This document shows positions 22,249 through 36,150 of a stretch of DNA of 64,000 nucleotides, one piece after another. The first letter of the stretch is position 1, and each line of letters starts with the position of its first letter. The translations under genes and the position numbers were made by a program. Origin of the DNA: Blastocladiella emersonii ATCC 22665 (taxonomy: Eukaryota > Fungi > Blastocladiomycota); the NCBI GenBank assembly GCA_025594325.1, contig JANHCV010000015.1, forward strand, positions 992,001 to 1,056,000. The letters run 5' to 3'. The notes under the pieces were generated by a model. It searched no databases and had not been told where the DNA came from. It saw nothing but the letters and a program-made list of their open reading frames with translations.

Positions 22249-25038
22249 GGCCCGCACGCCCACACGCACTCCCGCCAGGAGCATGTGGTGTGTGGGTCAT
22301 CATCCACCATTCAGTTTGTAGTCCCTAGCACCCCTTGGCCCCAGCACTGTCTCCTTCCTGCAGGAGGAGCCCTGCCGCCTCAGCCCTCCGCAGCCAGCCC
22401 TCTGCAGCCCAGTGAAGCAGTACGGCTGCTACGCTGTTTGCAAGGTACGGTGGCCAGGGCGACGCAGGTGCTGTGGTGTTGCTTGCCACTTGGCTGGCGA
22501 CAGGGGCTGGCGCACCCATTGCAAGGCGTTCTGACGGACCCCGCGGCCATGAAAGCATGGGGGCAGCACTGGACACGAGTCTATCAATCAACGGCACTGG
22601 GAGGGCAGGCAGGCGCACCCGTTGGAGCGAGCCGACCTGGATGATAAATCATTGTTGAGTTGAGGACGCCTTGCATGCCTGCCGTTCATGCGAGCGTGTG
22701 TGACACCAGGGTGGCCGTTTGCGCCGTGTGCGCACGGCGTGGAGCGCCAGGCGCTGTGCGCTGTGCGCGCTGCACGGTGCGTGGTGTACATCCGTCAGCG
22801 GGTGAGTGGTTTCACGCGGATAGACAGAGGAGCTGCTCGGAACCCTCGTTGGCCCATCATCATGCAGGGCTTGGAGTGGACAGCAGAGCTGGCAGCCTGG
22901 AGGAGACCAGTCGTATATTGACAAACCGAACCCCTCTCAGACTACATACGAGATAGATAATATCTACTGGGTGGGCGCTGTCAGTCAGGCTGTCAGTGTG
23001 GCAGGCTGCCAGGCTGCCAGGCTGCCAGGGCTCATCATTCATTCCTTTGTTGGCTGGGACGGCAACCAGAGAGCGCGGGCCCACAAAGACTTGCGAGGCG
23101 GTGTGGGTGTTCGGATAGCAGGTAGGCAAGTTGGCAGGTTGGCAGGTTGGCAGGTTGGCAGGTTGGCAGGTTGGCAGGCTGGCAGGTTGGCCGTTTACTT
23201 AGTTGATTGGACCGTGTACTTTGACGACGGGCTCCATACTTAGGGGATCGAAGAGTTGGCTAGTGGAGTGTGCACAAAGCGGTAGATTTGAATATCTGGC
23301 GCTTTGGTTCCTTGCCCACCTGGACGTGAGGGTATACGAAGATTTGATTGAGTATAGTTATGTTTGAGTACCATGACAATTATCAGCGTGGCGGGATTGA
23401 TACATCCCGCTTGTCGGAAATTTTGTTGGTTCAATACTGTGATTTATCGGCCCTTGCCCACCTGGACATGGGGCACTCGAAGATTTGAGTATGGTTTCGT
23501 TTGAGTGCCATGACAATTATCTGCGTGGCTGGTTTACGACATTTCTTTGGTCAGATATTGTGTTGCTGTGATACTGTGATTTATGGGTCCCTGGCTAGCT
23601 GGACAAGCGGGAAGTGAAAGATTTGAATATGGTTTTGTTTGAGTATCAAGACCATTACCTGCGTGGTCGGTTATGTAGACTCCTATGGTCAGATATTTTG
23701 TTGGTTTGATACTGTGATTTATGGGTCTCCAACCTGCTGGACATCTGGGAAGTCATAGATTTGAGTATGGTTTTGTTTGAGTACCATGACAATTATCTCC
23801 GCAGCTTGTTTACTATGTTTCCATGGTCAGTTTTATTGTTGCTTTGAATTTACGATTTATGGGTCCTGAACAAGCTGGACATGTGAATAGTCAAAGACTT
23901 GACTATGGTTTTGTTTGAGTGCCATGACAATTACCTACGTGGCTTGTATACTCTATTTCCATGGTCAGATATTTGTTGGTTCGATATTACGATTTATGGG
24001 TCCTCAACCAGCTTGACATGCGGGAAAGCAAAGATTAGAATATGGTTTTGATTAAGTACCATGACAATCATCTGCGTGGCTGGTTTACTATATTTCCATG
24101 GTCAGATATTTTGTTGGTTCGATACTGTGATGTATGGGTCCCTGGCCAGCTGGACACACGGTAAAGCAAAGACTTGAAGATGGTTTTGTTTGAGTACCAT
24201 AACAATCATGTACGAGGTTGGTTTACTATCTTTCTGTTGTCAAATATTTAGTTGCCGTGATACTGTGATTTATGGGTCCCTGGCTAGCAGGACAAGCGGG
24301 TAGTCAAAGATTTGAATATGGTTTTGTTCGACTACCATGACAATTGTCTCCGTGGCTGGTTTGGTACGTCCCTATCATTGGTAAATTCATTGCGTGCATA
24401 TTGTGATTCGTGGAGGGTCAATGTTGCTGCTACCTTGCCCGCATGCGCGCTGCGTCCGCCGACCCACCTAGGCCAGACAGGAAGGAAAGGGGACCCCAAG
24501 AGCCCCACGACACCACTGTAGCTCCACTACCACCACAGCACCCACCAACACCACCTACAAACAAACACGACCCGCCAAGGCGCACGCAGCGACACCCGCA
24601 GCCATGCATGCCATGGCGTTGGTGGATGGTGGCCAACCAATCCTCATCACACACGACACGTATGAAGGTCTGCCTGCATCCACCCATCCATTCATTCAAC
24701 ACACGCTCCCTCACGCACCCTTTCACTTGTGTTGCTTGACAGCCAGCTAGCCAGGTCCGGCTGCTGCTACCTATCCATTCTGCCTGCCTCCCACGCCCGC
24801 CGCGTCCTGAGCCAGGCAGGGCTGTGCTGCGATACACGGCCGCGGCCAGTCCACGGTAATGGTACCCATGCAGTACGTTCCATGGCCGCCCGGCCACCCT
24901 AGCTTGGTGCTTGTGTGTCCCCTTGGTCACCTTGGTCACCTTGGTCACCTTGGTCACCTTGGTCACTTGGTCACTTGGTCTCTTGGTCTCTTGGCGCTTG
25001 TGATGGAGGTCTATCTAACCCAGGCACGCACGGACACA
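22249..25038. repeat. Unit 9, long (L)
   Basis: 2790-bp spacing. Confidence 0.95.
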
Positions 25039-27828
25039 GGCCCGCACGCCCACACGCACTCCCGCCAGGAGCATGTGGTGTGTGGGTCATCATCCACCAT
25101 TCAGTTTGTAGTCCCTAGCACCCCTTGGCCCCAGCACTGTCTCCTTCCTGCAGGAGGAGCCCTGCCGCCTCAGCCCTCCGCAGCCAGCCCTCTGCAGCCC
25201 AGTGAAGCAGTACGGCTGCTACGCTGTTTGCAAGGTACGGTGGCCAGGGCGACGCAGGTGCTGTGGTGTTGCTTGCCACTTGGCTGGCGACAGGGGCTGG
25301 CGCACCCATTGCAAGGCGTTCTGACGGACCCCGCGGCCATGAAAGCATGGGGGCAGCACTGGACACGAGTCTATCAATCAACGGCACTGGGAGGGCAGGC
25401 AGGCGCACCCGTTGGAGCGAGCCGACCTGGATGATAAATCATTGTTGAGTTGAGGACGCCTTGCATGCCTGCCGTTCATGCGAGCGTGTGTGACACCAGG
25501 GTGGCCGTTTGCGCCGTGTGCGCACGGCGTGGAGCGCCAGGCGCTGTGCGCTGTGCGCGCTGCACGGTGCGTGGTGTACATCCGTCAGCGGGTGAGTGGT
25601 TTCACGCGGATAGACAGAGGAGCTGCTCGGAACCCTCGTTGGCCCATCATCATGCAGGGCTTGGAGTGGACAGCAGAGCTGGCAGCCTGGAGGAGACCAG
25701 TCGTATATTGACAAACCGAACCCCTCTCAGACTACATACGAGATAGATAATATCTACTGGGTGGGCGCTGTCAGTCAGGCTGTCAGTGTGGCAGGCTGCC
25801 AGGCTGCCAGGCTGCCAGGGCTCATCATTCATTCCTTTGTTGGCTGGGACGGCAACCAGAGAGCGCGGGCCCACAAAGACTTGCGAGGCGGTGTGGGTGT
25901 TCGGATAGCAGGTAGGCAAGTTGGCAGGTTGGCAGGTTGGCAGGTTGGCAGGTTGGCAGGTTGGCAGGCTGGCAGGTTGGCCGTTTACTTAGTTGATTGG
26001 ACCGTGTACTTTGACGACGGGCTCCATACTTAGGGGATCGAAGAGTTGGCTAGTGGAGTGTGCACAAAGCGGTAGATTTGAATATCTGGCGCTTTGGTTC
26101 CTTGCCCACCTGGACGTGAGGGTATACGAAGATTTGATTGAGTATAGTTATGTTTGAGTACCATGACAATTATCAGCGTGGCGGGATTGATACATCCCGC
26201 TTGTCGGAAATTTTGTTGGTTCAATACTGTGATTTATCGGCCCTTGCCCACCTGGACATGGGGCACTCGAAGATTTGAGTATGGTTTCGTTTGAGTGCCA
26301 TGACAATTATCTGCGTGGCTGGTTTACGACATTTCTTTGGTCAGATATTGTGTTGCTGTGATACTGTGATTTATGGGTCCCTGGCTAGCTGGACAAGCGG
26401 GAAGTGAAAGATTTGAATATGGTTTTGTTTGAGTATCAAGACCATTACCTGCGTGGTCGGTTATGTAGACTCCTATGGTCAGATATTTTGTTGGTTTGAT
26501 ACTGTGATTTATGGGTCTCCAACCTGCTGGACATCTGGGAAGTCATAGATTTGAGTATGGTTTTGTTTGAGTACCATGACAATTATCTCCGCAGCTTGTT
26601 TACTATGTTTCCATGGTCAGTTTTATTGTTGCTTTGAATTTACGATTTATGGGTCCTGAACAAGCTGGACATGTGAATAGTCAAAGACTTGACTATGGTT
26701 TTGTTTGAGTGCCATGACAATTACCTACGTGGCTTGTATACTCTATTTCCATGGTCAGATATTTGTTGGTTCGATATTACGATTTATGGGTCCTCAACCA
26801 GCTTGACATGCGGGAAAGCAAAGATTAGAATATGGTTTTGATTAAGTACCATGACAATCATCTGCGTGGCTGGTTTACTATATTTCCATGGTCAGATATT
26901 TTGTTGGTTCGATACTGTGATGTATGGGTCCCTGGCCAGCTGGACACACGGTAAAGCAAAGACTTGAAGATGGTTTTGTTTGAGTACCATAACAATCATG
27001 TACGAGGTTGGTTTACTATCTTTCTGTTGTCAAATATTTAGTTGCCGTGATACTGTGATTTATGGGTCCCTGGCTAGCAGGACAAGCGGGTAGTCAAAGA
27101 TTTGAATATGGTTTTGTTCGACTACCATGACAATTGTCTCCGTGGCTGGTTTGGTACGTCCCTATCATTGGTAAATTCATTGCGTGCATATTGTGATTCG
27201 TGGAGGGTCAATGTTGCTGCTACCTTGCCCGCATGCGCGCTGCGTCCGCCGACCCACCTAGGCCAGACAGGAAGGAAAGGGGACCCCAAGAGCCCCACGA
27301 CACCACTGTAGCTCCACTACCACCACAGCACCCACCAACACCACCTACAAACAAACACGACCCGCCAAGGCGCACGCAGCGACACCCGCAGCCATGCATG
27401 CCATGGCGTTGGTGGATGGTGGCCAACCAATCCTCATCACACACGACACGTATGAAGGTCTGCCTGCATCCACCCATCCATTCATTCAACACACGCTCCC
27501 TCACGCACCCTTTCACTTGTGTTGCTTGACAGCCAGCTAGCCAGGTCCGGCTGCTGCTACCTATCCATTCTGCCTGCCTCCCACGCCCGCCGCGTCCTGA
27601 GCCAGGCAGGGCTGTGCTGCGATACACGGCCGCGGCCAGTCCACGGTAATGGTACCCATGCAGTACGTTCCATGGCCGCCCGGCCACCCTAGCTTGGTGC
27701 TTGTGTGTCCCCTTGGTCACCTTGGTCACCTTGGTCACCTTGGTCACCTTGGTCACTTGGTCACTTGGTCTCTTGGTCTCTTGGCGCTTGTGATGGAGGT
27801 CTATCTAACCCAGGCACGCACGGACACA
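25039..27828. repeat. Unit 10, long (L)
   Basis: 2790-bp spacing. Confidence 0.95.
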
Positions 27829-30594
27829 GGCCCGCACGCCCACACGCACTCCCGCCAGGAGCATGTGGTGTGTGGGTCATCATCCACCATTCAGTTTGTA
27901 GTCCCTAGCACCCCTTGGCCCCAGCACTGTCTCCTTCCTGCAGGAGGAGCCCTGCCGCCTCAGCCCTCCGCAGCCAGCCCTCTGCAGCCCAGTGAAGCAG
28001 TACGGCTGCTACGCTGTTTGCAAGGTACGGTGGCCAGGGCGACGCAGGTGCTGTGGTGTTGCTTGCCACTTGGCTGGCGACAGGGGCTGGCGCACCCATT
28101 GCAAGGCGTTCTGACGGACCCCGCGGCCATGAAAGCATGGGGGCAGCACTGGACACGAGTCTATCAATCAACGGCACTGGGAGGGCAGGCAGGCGCACCC
28201 GTTGGAGCGAGCCGACCTGGATGATAAATCATTGTTGAGTTGAGGACGCCTTGCATGCCTGCCGTTCATGCGAGCGTGTGTGACACCAGGGTGGCCGTTT
28301 GCGCCGTGTGCGCACGGCGTGGAGCGCCAGGCGCTGTGCGCTGTGCGCGCTGCACGGTGCGTGGTGTACATCCGTCAGCGGGTGAGTGGTTTCACGCGGA
28401 TAGACAGAGGAGCTGCTCGGAACCCTCGTTGGCCCATCATCATGCAGGGCTTGGAGTGGACAGCAGAGCTGGCAGCCTGGAGGAGACCAGTCGTATATTG
28501 ACAAACCGAACCCCTCTCAGACTACATACGAGATAGATAATATCTACTGGGTGGGCGCTGTCAGTCAGGCTGTCAGTGTGGCAGGCTGCCAGGCTGCCAG
28601 GCTGCCAGGGCTCATCATTCATTCCTTTGTTGGCTGGGACGGCAACCAGAGAGCGCGGGCCCACAAAGACTTGCGAGGCGGTGTGGGTGTTCGGATAGCA
28701 GGTAGGCAAGTTGGCAGGTTGGCAGGTTGGCAGGCTGGCAGGTTGGCCGTTTACTTAGTTGATTGGACCGTGTACTTTGACGACGGGCTCCATACTTAGG
28801 GGATCGAAGAGTTGGCTAGTGGAGTGTGCACAAAGCGGTAGATTTGAATATCTGGCGCTTTGGTTCCTTGCCCACCTGGACGTGAGGGTATACGAAGATT
28901 TGATTGAGTATAGTTATGTTTGAGTACCATGACAATTATCAGCGTGGCGGGATTGATACATCCCGCTTGTCGGAAATTTTGTTGGTTCAATACTGTGATT
29001 TATCGGCCCTTGCCCACCTGGACATGGGGCACTCGAAGATTTGAGTATGGTTTCGTTTGAGTGCCATGACAATTATCTGCGTGGCTGGTTTACGACATTT
29101 CTTTGGTCAGATATTGTGTTGCTGTGATACTGTGATTTATGGGTCCCTGGCTAGCTGGACAAGCGGGAAGTGAAAGATTAGAATATGGTTTTGTTTGAGT
29201 ATCAAGACCATTACCTGCGTGGTCGGTTATGTAGACTCCTATGGTCAGATATTTTGTTGGTTTGATACTGTGATTTATGGGTCTCCAACCTGCTGGACAT
29301 CTGGGAAGTCATAGATTTGAGTATGGTTTTGTTTGAGTACCATGACAATTATCTCCGCAGCTTGTTTACTATGTTTCCATGGTCAGTTTTATTGTTGCTT
29401 TGAATTTACGATTTATGGGTCCTGAACAAGCTGGACATGTGAATAGTCAAAGACTTGACTATGGTTTTGTTTGAGTGCCATGACAATTACCTACGTGGCT
29501 TGTATACTCTATTTCCATGGTCAGATATTTGTTGGTTCGATATTACGATTTATGGGTCCTCAACCAGCTTGACATGCGGGAAAGCAAAGATTAGAATATG
29601 GTTTTGATTAAGTACCATGACAATCATCTGCGTGGCTGGTTTACTATATTTCCATGGTCAGATATTTTGTTGGTTCGATACTGTGATGTATGGGTCCCTG
29701 GCCAGCTGGACACACGGTAAAGCAAAGACTTGAAGATGGTTTTGTTTGAGTACCATAACAATCATGTACGAGGTTGGTTTACTATCTTTCTGTTGTCAAA
29801 TATTTAGTTGCCGTGATACTGTGATTTATGGGTCCCTGGCTAGCAGGACAAGCGGGTAGTCAAAGATTTGAATATGGTTTTGTTCGACTACCATGACAAT
29901 TGTCTCCGTGGCTGGTTTGGTACGTCCCTATCATTGGTAAATTCATTGCGTGCATATTGTGATTCGTGGAGGGTCAATGTTGCTGCTACCTTGCCCGCAT
30001 GCGCGCTGCGTCCGCCGACCCACCTAGGCCAGACAGGAAGGAAAGGGGACCCCAAGAGCCCCACGACACCACTGTAGCTCCACTACCACCACAGCACCCA
30101 CCAACACCACCTACAAACAAACACGACCCGCCAAGGCGCACGCAGCGACACCCGCAGCCATGCATGCCATGGCGTTGGTGGATGGTGGCCAACCAATCCT
30201 CATCACACACGACACGTATGAAGGTCTGCCTGCATCCACCCATCCATTCATTCAACACACGCTCCCTCACGCACCCTTTCACTTGTGTTGCTTGACAGCC
30301 AGCTAGCCAGGTCCGGCTGCTGCTACCTATCCATTCTGCCTGCCTCCCACGCCCGCCGCGTCCTGAGCCAGGCAGGGCTGTGCTGCGATACACGGCCGCG
30401 GCCAGTCCACGGTAATGGTACCCATGCAGTACGTTCCATGGCCGCCCGGCCACCCTAGCTTGGTGCTTGTGTGTCCCCTTGGTCACCTTGGTCACCTTGG
30501 TCACCTTGGTCACCTTGGTCACTTGGTCACTTGGTCTCTTGGTCTCTTGGCGCTTGTGATGGAGGTCTATCTAACCCAGGCACGCACGGACACA
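27829..30594. repeat. Unit 11, short (S*)
   Basis: A at 29180. Confidence 0.95.
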
Positions 30595-33384
30595 GGCCCG
30601 CACGCCCACACGCACTCCCGCCAGGAGCATGTGGTGTGTGGGTCATCATCCACCATTCAGTTTGTAGTCCCTAGCACCCCTTGGCCCCAGCACTGTCTCC
30701 TTCCTGCAGGAGGAGCCCTGCCGCCTCAGCCCTCCGCAGCCAGCCCTCTGCAGCCCAGTGAAGCAGTACGGCTGCTACGCTGTTTGCAAGGTACGGTGGC
30801 CAGGGCGACGCAGGTGCTGTGGTGTTGCTTGCCACTTGGCTGGCGACAGGGGCTGGCGCACCCATTGCAAGGCGTTCTGACGGACCCCGCGGCCATGAAA
30901 GCATGGGGGCAGCACTGGACACGAGTCTATCAATCAACGGCACTGGGAGGGCAGGCAGGCGCACCCGTTGGAGCGAGCCGACCTGGATGATAAATCATTG
31001 TTGAGTTGAGGACGCCTTGCATGCCTGCCGTTCATGCGAGCGTGTGTGACACCAGGGTGGCCGTTTGCGCCGTGTGCGCACGGCGTGGAGCGCCAGGCGC
31101 TGTGCGCTGTGCGCGCTGCACGGTGCGTGGTGTACATCCGTCAGCGGGTGAGTGGTTTCACGCGGATAGACAGAGGAGCTGCTCGGAACCCTCGTTGGCC
31201 CATCATCATGCAGGGCTTGGAGTGGACAGCAGAGCTGGCAGCCTGGAGGAGACCAGTCGTATATTGACAAACCGAACCCCTCTCAGACTACATACGAGAT
31301 AGATAATATCTACTGGGTGGGCGCTGTCAGTCAGGCTGTCAGTGTGGCAGGCTGCCAGGCTGCCAGGCTGCCAGGGCTCATCATTCATTCCTTTGTTGGC
31401 TGGGACGGCAACCAGAGAGCGCGGGCCCACAAAGACTTGCGAGGCGGTGTGGGTGTTCGGATAGCAGGTAGGCAAGTTGGCAGGTTGGCAGGTTGGCAGG
31501 TTGGCAGGTTGGCAGGTTGGCAGGCTGGCAGGTTGGCCGTTTACTTAGTTGATTGGACCGTGTACTTTGACGACGGGCTCCATACTTAGGGGATCGAAGA
31601 GTTGGCTAGTGGAGTGTGCACAAAGCGGTAGATTTGAATATCTGGCGCTTTGGTTCCTTGCCCACCTGGACGTGAGGGTATACGAAGATTTGATTGAGTA
31701 TAGTTATGTTTGAGTACCATGACAATTATCAGCGTGGCGGGATTGATACATCCCGCTTGTCGGAAATTTTGTTGGTTCAATACTGTGATTTATCGGCCCT
31801 TGCCCACCTGGACATGGGGCACTCGAAGATTTGAGTATGGTTTCGTTTGAGTGCCATGACAATTATCTGCGTGGCTGGTTTACGACATTTCTTTGGTCAG
31901 ATATTGTGTTGCTGTGATACTGTGATTTATGGGTCCCTGGCTAGCTGGACAAGCGGGAAGTGAAAGATTTGAATATGGTTTTGTTTGAGTATCAAGACCA
32001 TTACCTGCGTGGTCGGTTATGTAGACTCCTATGGTCAGATATTTTGTTGGTTTGATACTGTGATTTATGGGTCTCCAACCTGCTGGACATCTGGGAAGTC
32101 ATAGATTTGAGTATGGTTTTGTTTGAGTACCATGACAATTATCTCCGCAGCTTGTTTACTATGTTTCCATGGTCAGTTTTATTGTTGCTTTGAATTTACG
32201 ATTTATGGGTCCTGAACAAGCTGGACATGTGAATAGTCAAAGACTTGACTATGGTTTTGTTTGAGTGCCATGACAATTACCTACGTGGCTTGTATACTCT
32301 ATTTCCATGGTCAGATATTTGTTGGTTCGATATTACGATTTATGGGTCCTCAACCAGCTTGACATGCGGGAAAGCAAAGATTAGAATATGGTTTTGATTA
32401 AGTACCATGACAATCATCTGCGTGGCTGGTTTACTATATTTCCATGGTCAGATATTTTGTTGGTTCGATACTGTGATGTATGGGTCCCTGGCCAGCTGGA
32501 CACACGGTAAAGCAAAGACTTGAAGATGGTTTTGTTTGAGTACCATAACAATCATGTACGAGGTTGGTTTACTATCTTTCTGTTGTCAAATATTTAGTTG
32601 CCGTGATACTGTGATTTATGGGTCCCTGGCTAGCAGGACAAGCGGGTAGTCAAAGATTTGAATATGGTTTTGTTCGACTACCATGACAATTGTCTCCGTG
32701 GCTGGTTTGGTACGTCCCTATCATTGGTAAATTCATTGCGTGCATATTGTGATTCGTGGAGGGTCAATGTTGCTGCTACCTTGCCCGCATGCGCGCTGCG
32801 TCCGCCGACCCACCTAGGCCAGACAGGAAGGAAAGGGGACCCCAAGAGCCCCACGACACCACTGTAGCTCCACTACCACCACAGCACCCACCAACACCAC
32901 CTACAAACAAACACGACCCGCCAAGGCGCACGCAGCGACACCCGCAGCCATGCATGCCATGGCGTTGGTGGATGGTGGCCAACCAATCCTCATCACACAC
33001 GACACGTATGAAGGTCTGCCTGCATCCACCCATCCATTCATTCAACACACGCTCCCTCACGCACCCTTTCACTTGTGTTGCTTGACAGCCAGCTAGCCAG
33101 GTCCGGCTGCTGCTACCTATCCATTCTGCCTGCCTCCCACGCCCGCCGCGTCCTGAGCCAGGCAGGGCTGTGCTGCGATACACGGCCGCGGCCAGTCCAC
33201 GGTAATGGTACCCATGCAGTACGTTCCATGGCCGCCCGGCCACCCTAGCTTGGTGCTTGTGTGTCCCCTTGGTCACCTTGGTCACCTTGGTCACCTTGGT
33301 CACCTTGGTCACTTGGTCACTTGGTCTCTTGGTCTCTTGGCGCTTGTGATGGAGGTCTATCTAACCCAGGCACGCACGGACACA
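30595..33384. repeat. Unit 12, long (L)
   Basis: 2790-bp spacing. Confidence 0.95.
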
Positions 33385-36150
33385 GGCCCGCACGCCCACA
33401 CGCACTCCCGCCAGGAGCATGTGGTGTGTGGGTCATCATCCACCATTCAGTTTGTAGTCCCTAGCACCCCTTGGCCCCAGCACTGTCTCCTTCCTGCAGG
33501 AGGAGCCCTGCCGCCTCAGCCCTCCGCAGCCAGCCCTCTGCAGCCCAGTGAAGCAGTACGGCTGCTACGCTGTTTGCAAGGTACGGTGGCCAGGGCGACG
33601 CAGGTGCTGTGGTGTTGCTTGCCACTTGGCTGGCGACAGGGGCTGGCGCACCCATTGCAAGGCGTTCTGACGGACCCCGCGGCCATGAAAGCATGGGGGC
33701 AGCACTGGACACGAGTCTATCAATCAACGGCACTGGGAGGGCAGGCAGGCGCACCCGTTGGAGCGAGCCGACCTGGATGATAAATCATTGTTGAGTTGAG
33801 GACGCCTTGCATGCCTGCCGTTCATGCGAGCGTGTGTGACACCAGGGTGGCCGTTTGCGCCGTGTGCGCACGGCGTGGAGCGCCAGGCGCTGTGCGCTGT
33901 GCGCGCTGCACGGTGCGTGGTGTACATCCGTCAGCGGGTGAGTGGTTTCACGCGGATAGACAGAGGAGCTGCTCGGAACCCTCGTTGGCCCATCATCATG
34001 CAGGGCTTGGAGTGGACAGCAGAGCTGGCAGCCTGGAGGAGACCAGTCGTATATTGACAAACCGAACCCCTCTCAGACTACATACGAGATAGATAATATC
34101 TACTGGGTGGGCGCTGTCAGTCAGGCTGTCAGTGTGGCAGGCTGCCAGGCTGCCAGGCTGCCAGGGCTCATCATTCATTCCTTTGTTGGCTGGGACGGCA
34201 ACCAGAGAGCGCGGGCCCACAAAGACTTGCGAGGCGGTGTGGGTGTTCGGATAGCAGGTAGGCAAGTTGGCAGGTTGGCAGGTTGGCAGGCTGGCAGGTT
34301 GGCCGTTTACTTAGTTGATTGGACCGTGTACTTTGACGACGGGCTCCATACTTAGGGGATCGAAGAGTTGGCTAGTGGAGTGTGCACAAAGCGGTAGATT
34401 TGAATATCTGGCGCTTTGGTTCCTTGCCCACCTGGACGTGAGGGTATACGAAGATTTGATTGAGTATAGTTATGTTTGAGTACCATGACAATTATCAGCG
34501 TGGCGGGATTGATACATCCCGCTTGTCGGAAATTTTGTTGGTTCAATACTGTGATTTATCGGCCCTTGCCCACCTGGACATGGGGCACTCGAAGATTTGA
34601 GTATGGTTTCGTTTGAGTGCCATGACAATTATCTGCGTGGCTGGTTTACGACATTTCTTTGGTCAGATATTGTGTTGCTGTGATACTGTGATTTATGGGT
34701 CCCTGGCTAGCTGGACAAGCGGGAAGTGAAAGATTAGAATATGGTTTTGTTTGAGTATCAAGACCATTACCTGCGTGGTCGGTTATGTAGACTCCTATGG
34801 TCAGATATTTTGTTGGTTTGATACTGTGATTTATGGGTCTCCAACCTGCTGGACATCTGGGAAGTCATAGATTTGAGTATGGTTTTGTTTGAGTACCATG
34901 ACAATTATCTCCGCAGCTTGTTTACTATGTTTCCATGGTCAGTTTTATTGTTGCTTTGAATTTACGATTTATGGGTCCTGAACAAGCTGGACATGTGAAT
35001 AGTCAAAGACTTGACTATGGTTTTGTTTGAGTGCCATGACAATTACCTACGTGGCTTGTATACTCTATTTCCATGGTCAGATATTTGTTGGTTCGATATT
35101 ACGATTTATGGGTCCTCAACCAGCTTGACATGCGGGAAAGCAAAGATTAGAATATGGTTTTGATTAAGTACCATGACAATCATCTGCGTGGCTGGTTTAC
35201 TATATTTCCATGGTCAGATATTTTGTTGGTTCGATACTGTGATGTATGGGTCCCTGGCCAGCTGGACACACGGTAAAGCAAAGACTTGAAGATGGTTTTG
35301 TTTGAGTACCATAACAATCATGTACGAGGTTGGTTTACTATCTTTCTGTTGTCAAATATTTAGTTGCCGTGATACTGTGATTTATGGGTCCCTGGCTAGC
35401 AGGACAAGCGGGTAGTCAAAGATTTGAATATGGTTTTGTTCGACTACCATGACAATTGTCTCCGTGGCTGGTTTGGTACGTCCCTATCATTGGTAAATTC
35501 ATTGCGTGCATATTGTGATTCGTGGAGGGTCAATGTTGCTGCTACCTTGCCCGCATGCGCGCTGCGTCCGCCGACCCACCTAGGCCAGACAGGAAGGAAA
35601 GGGGACCCCAAGAGCCCCACGACACCACTGTAGCTCCACTACCACCACAGCACCCACCAACACCACCTACAAACAAACACGACCCGCCAAGGCGCACGCA
35701 GCGACACCCGCAGCCATGCATGCCATGGCGTTGGTGGATGGTGGCCAACCAATCCTCATCACACACGACACGTATGAAGGTCTGCCTGCATCCACCCATC
35801 CATTCATTCAACACACGCTCCCTCACGCACCCTTTCACTTGTGTTGCTTGACAGCCAGCTAGCCAGGTCCGGCTGCTGCTACCTATCCATTCTGCCTGCC
35901 TCCCACGCCCGCCGCGTCCTGAGCCAGGCAGGGCTGTGCTGCGATACACGGCCGCGGCCAGTCCACGGTAATGGTACCCATGCAGTACGTTCCATGGCCG
36001 CCCGGCCACCCTAGCTTGGTGCTTGTGTGTCCCCTTGGTCACCTTGGTCACCTTGGTCACCTTGGTCACCTTGGTCACTTGGTCACTTGGTCTCTTGGTC
36101 TCTTGGCGCTTGTGATGGAGGTCTATCTAACCCAGGCACGCACGGACACA
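33385..36150. repeat. Unit 13, short (S*)
   Basis: A at 34736. Confidence 0.95.
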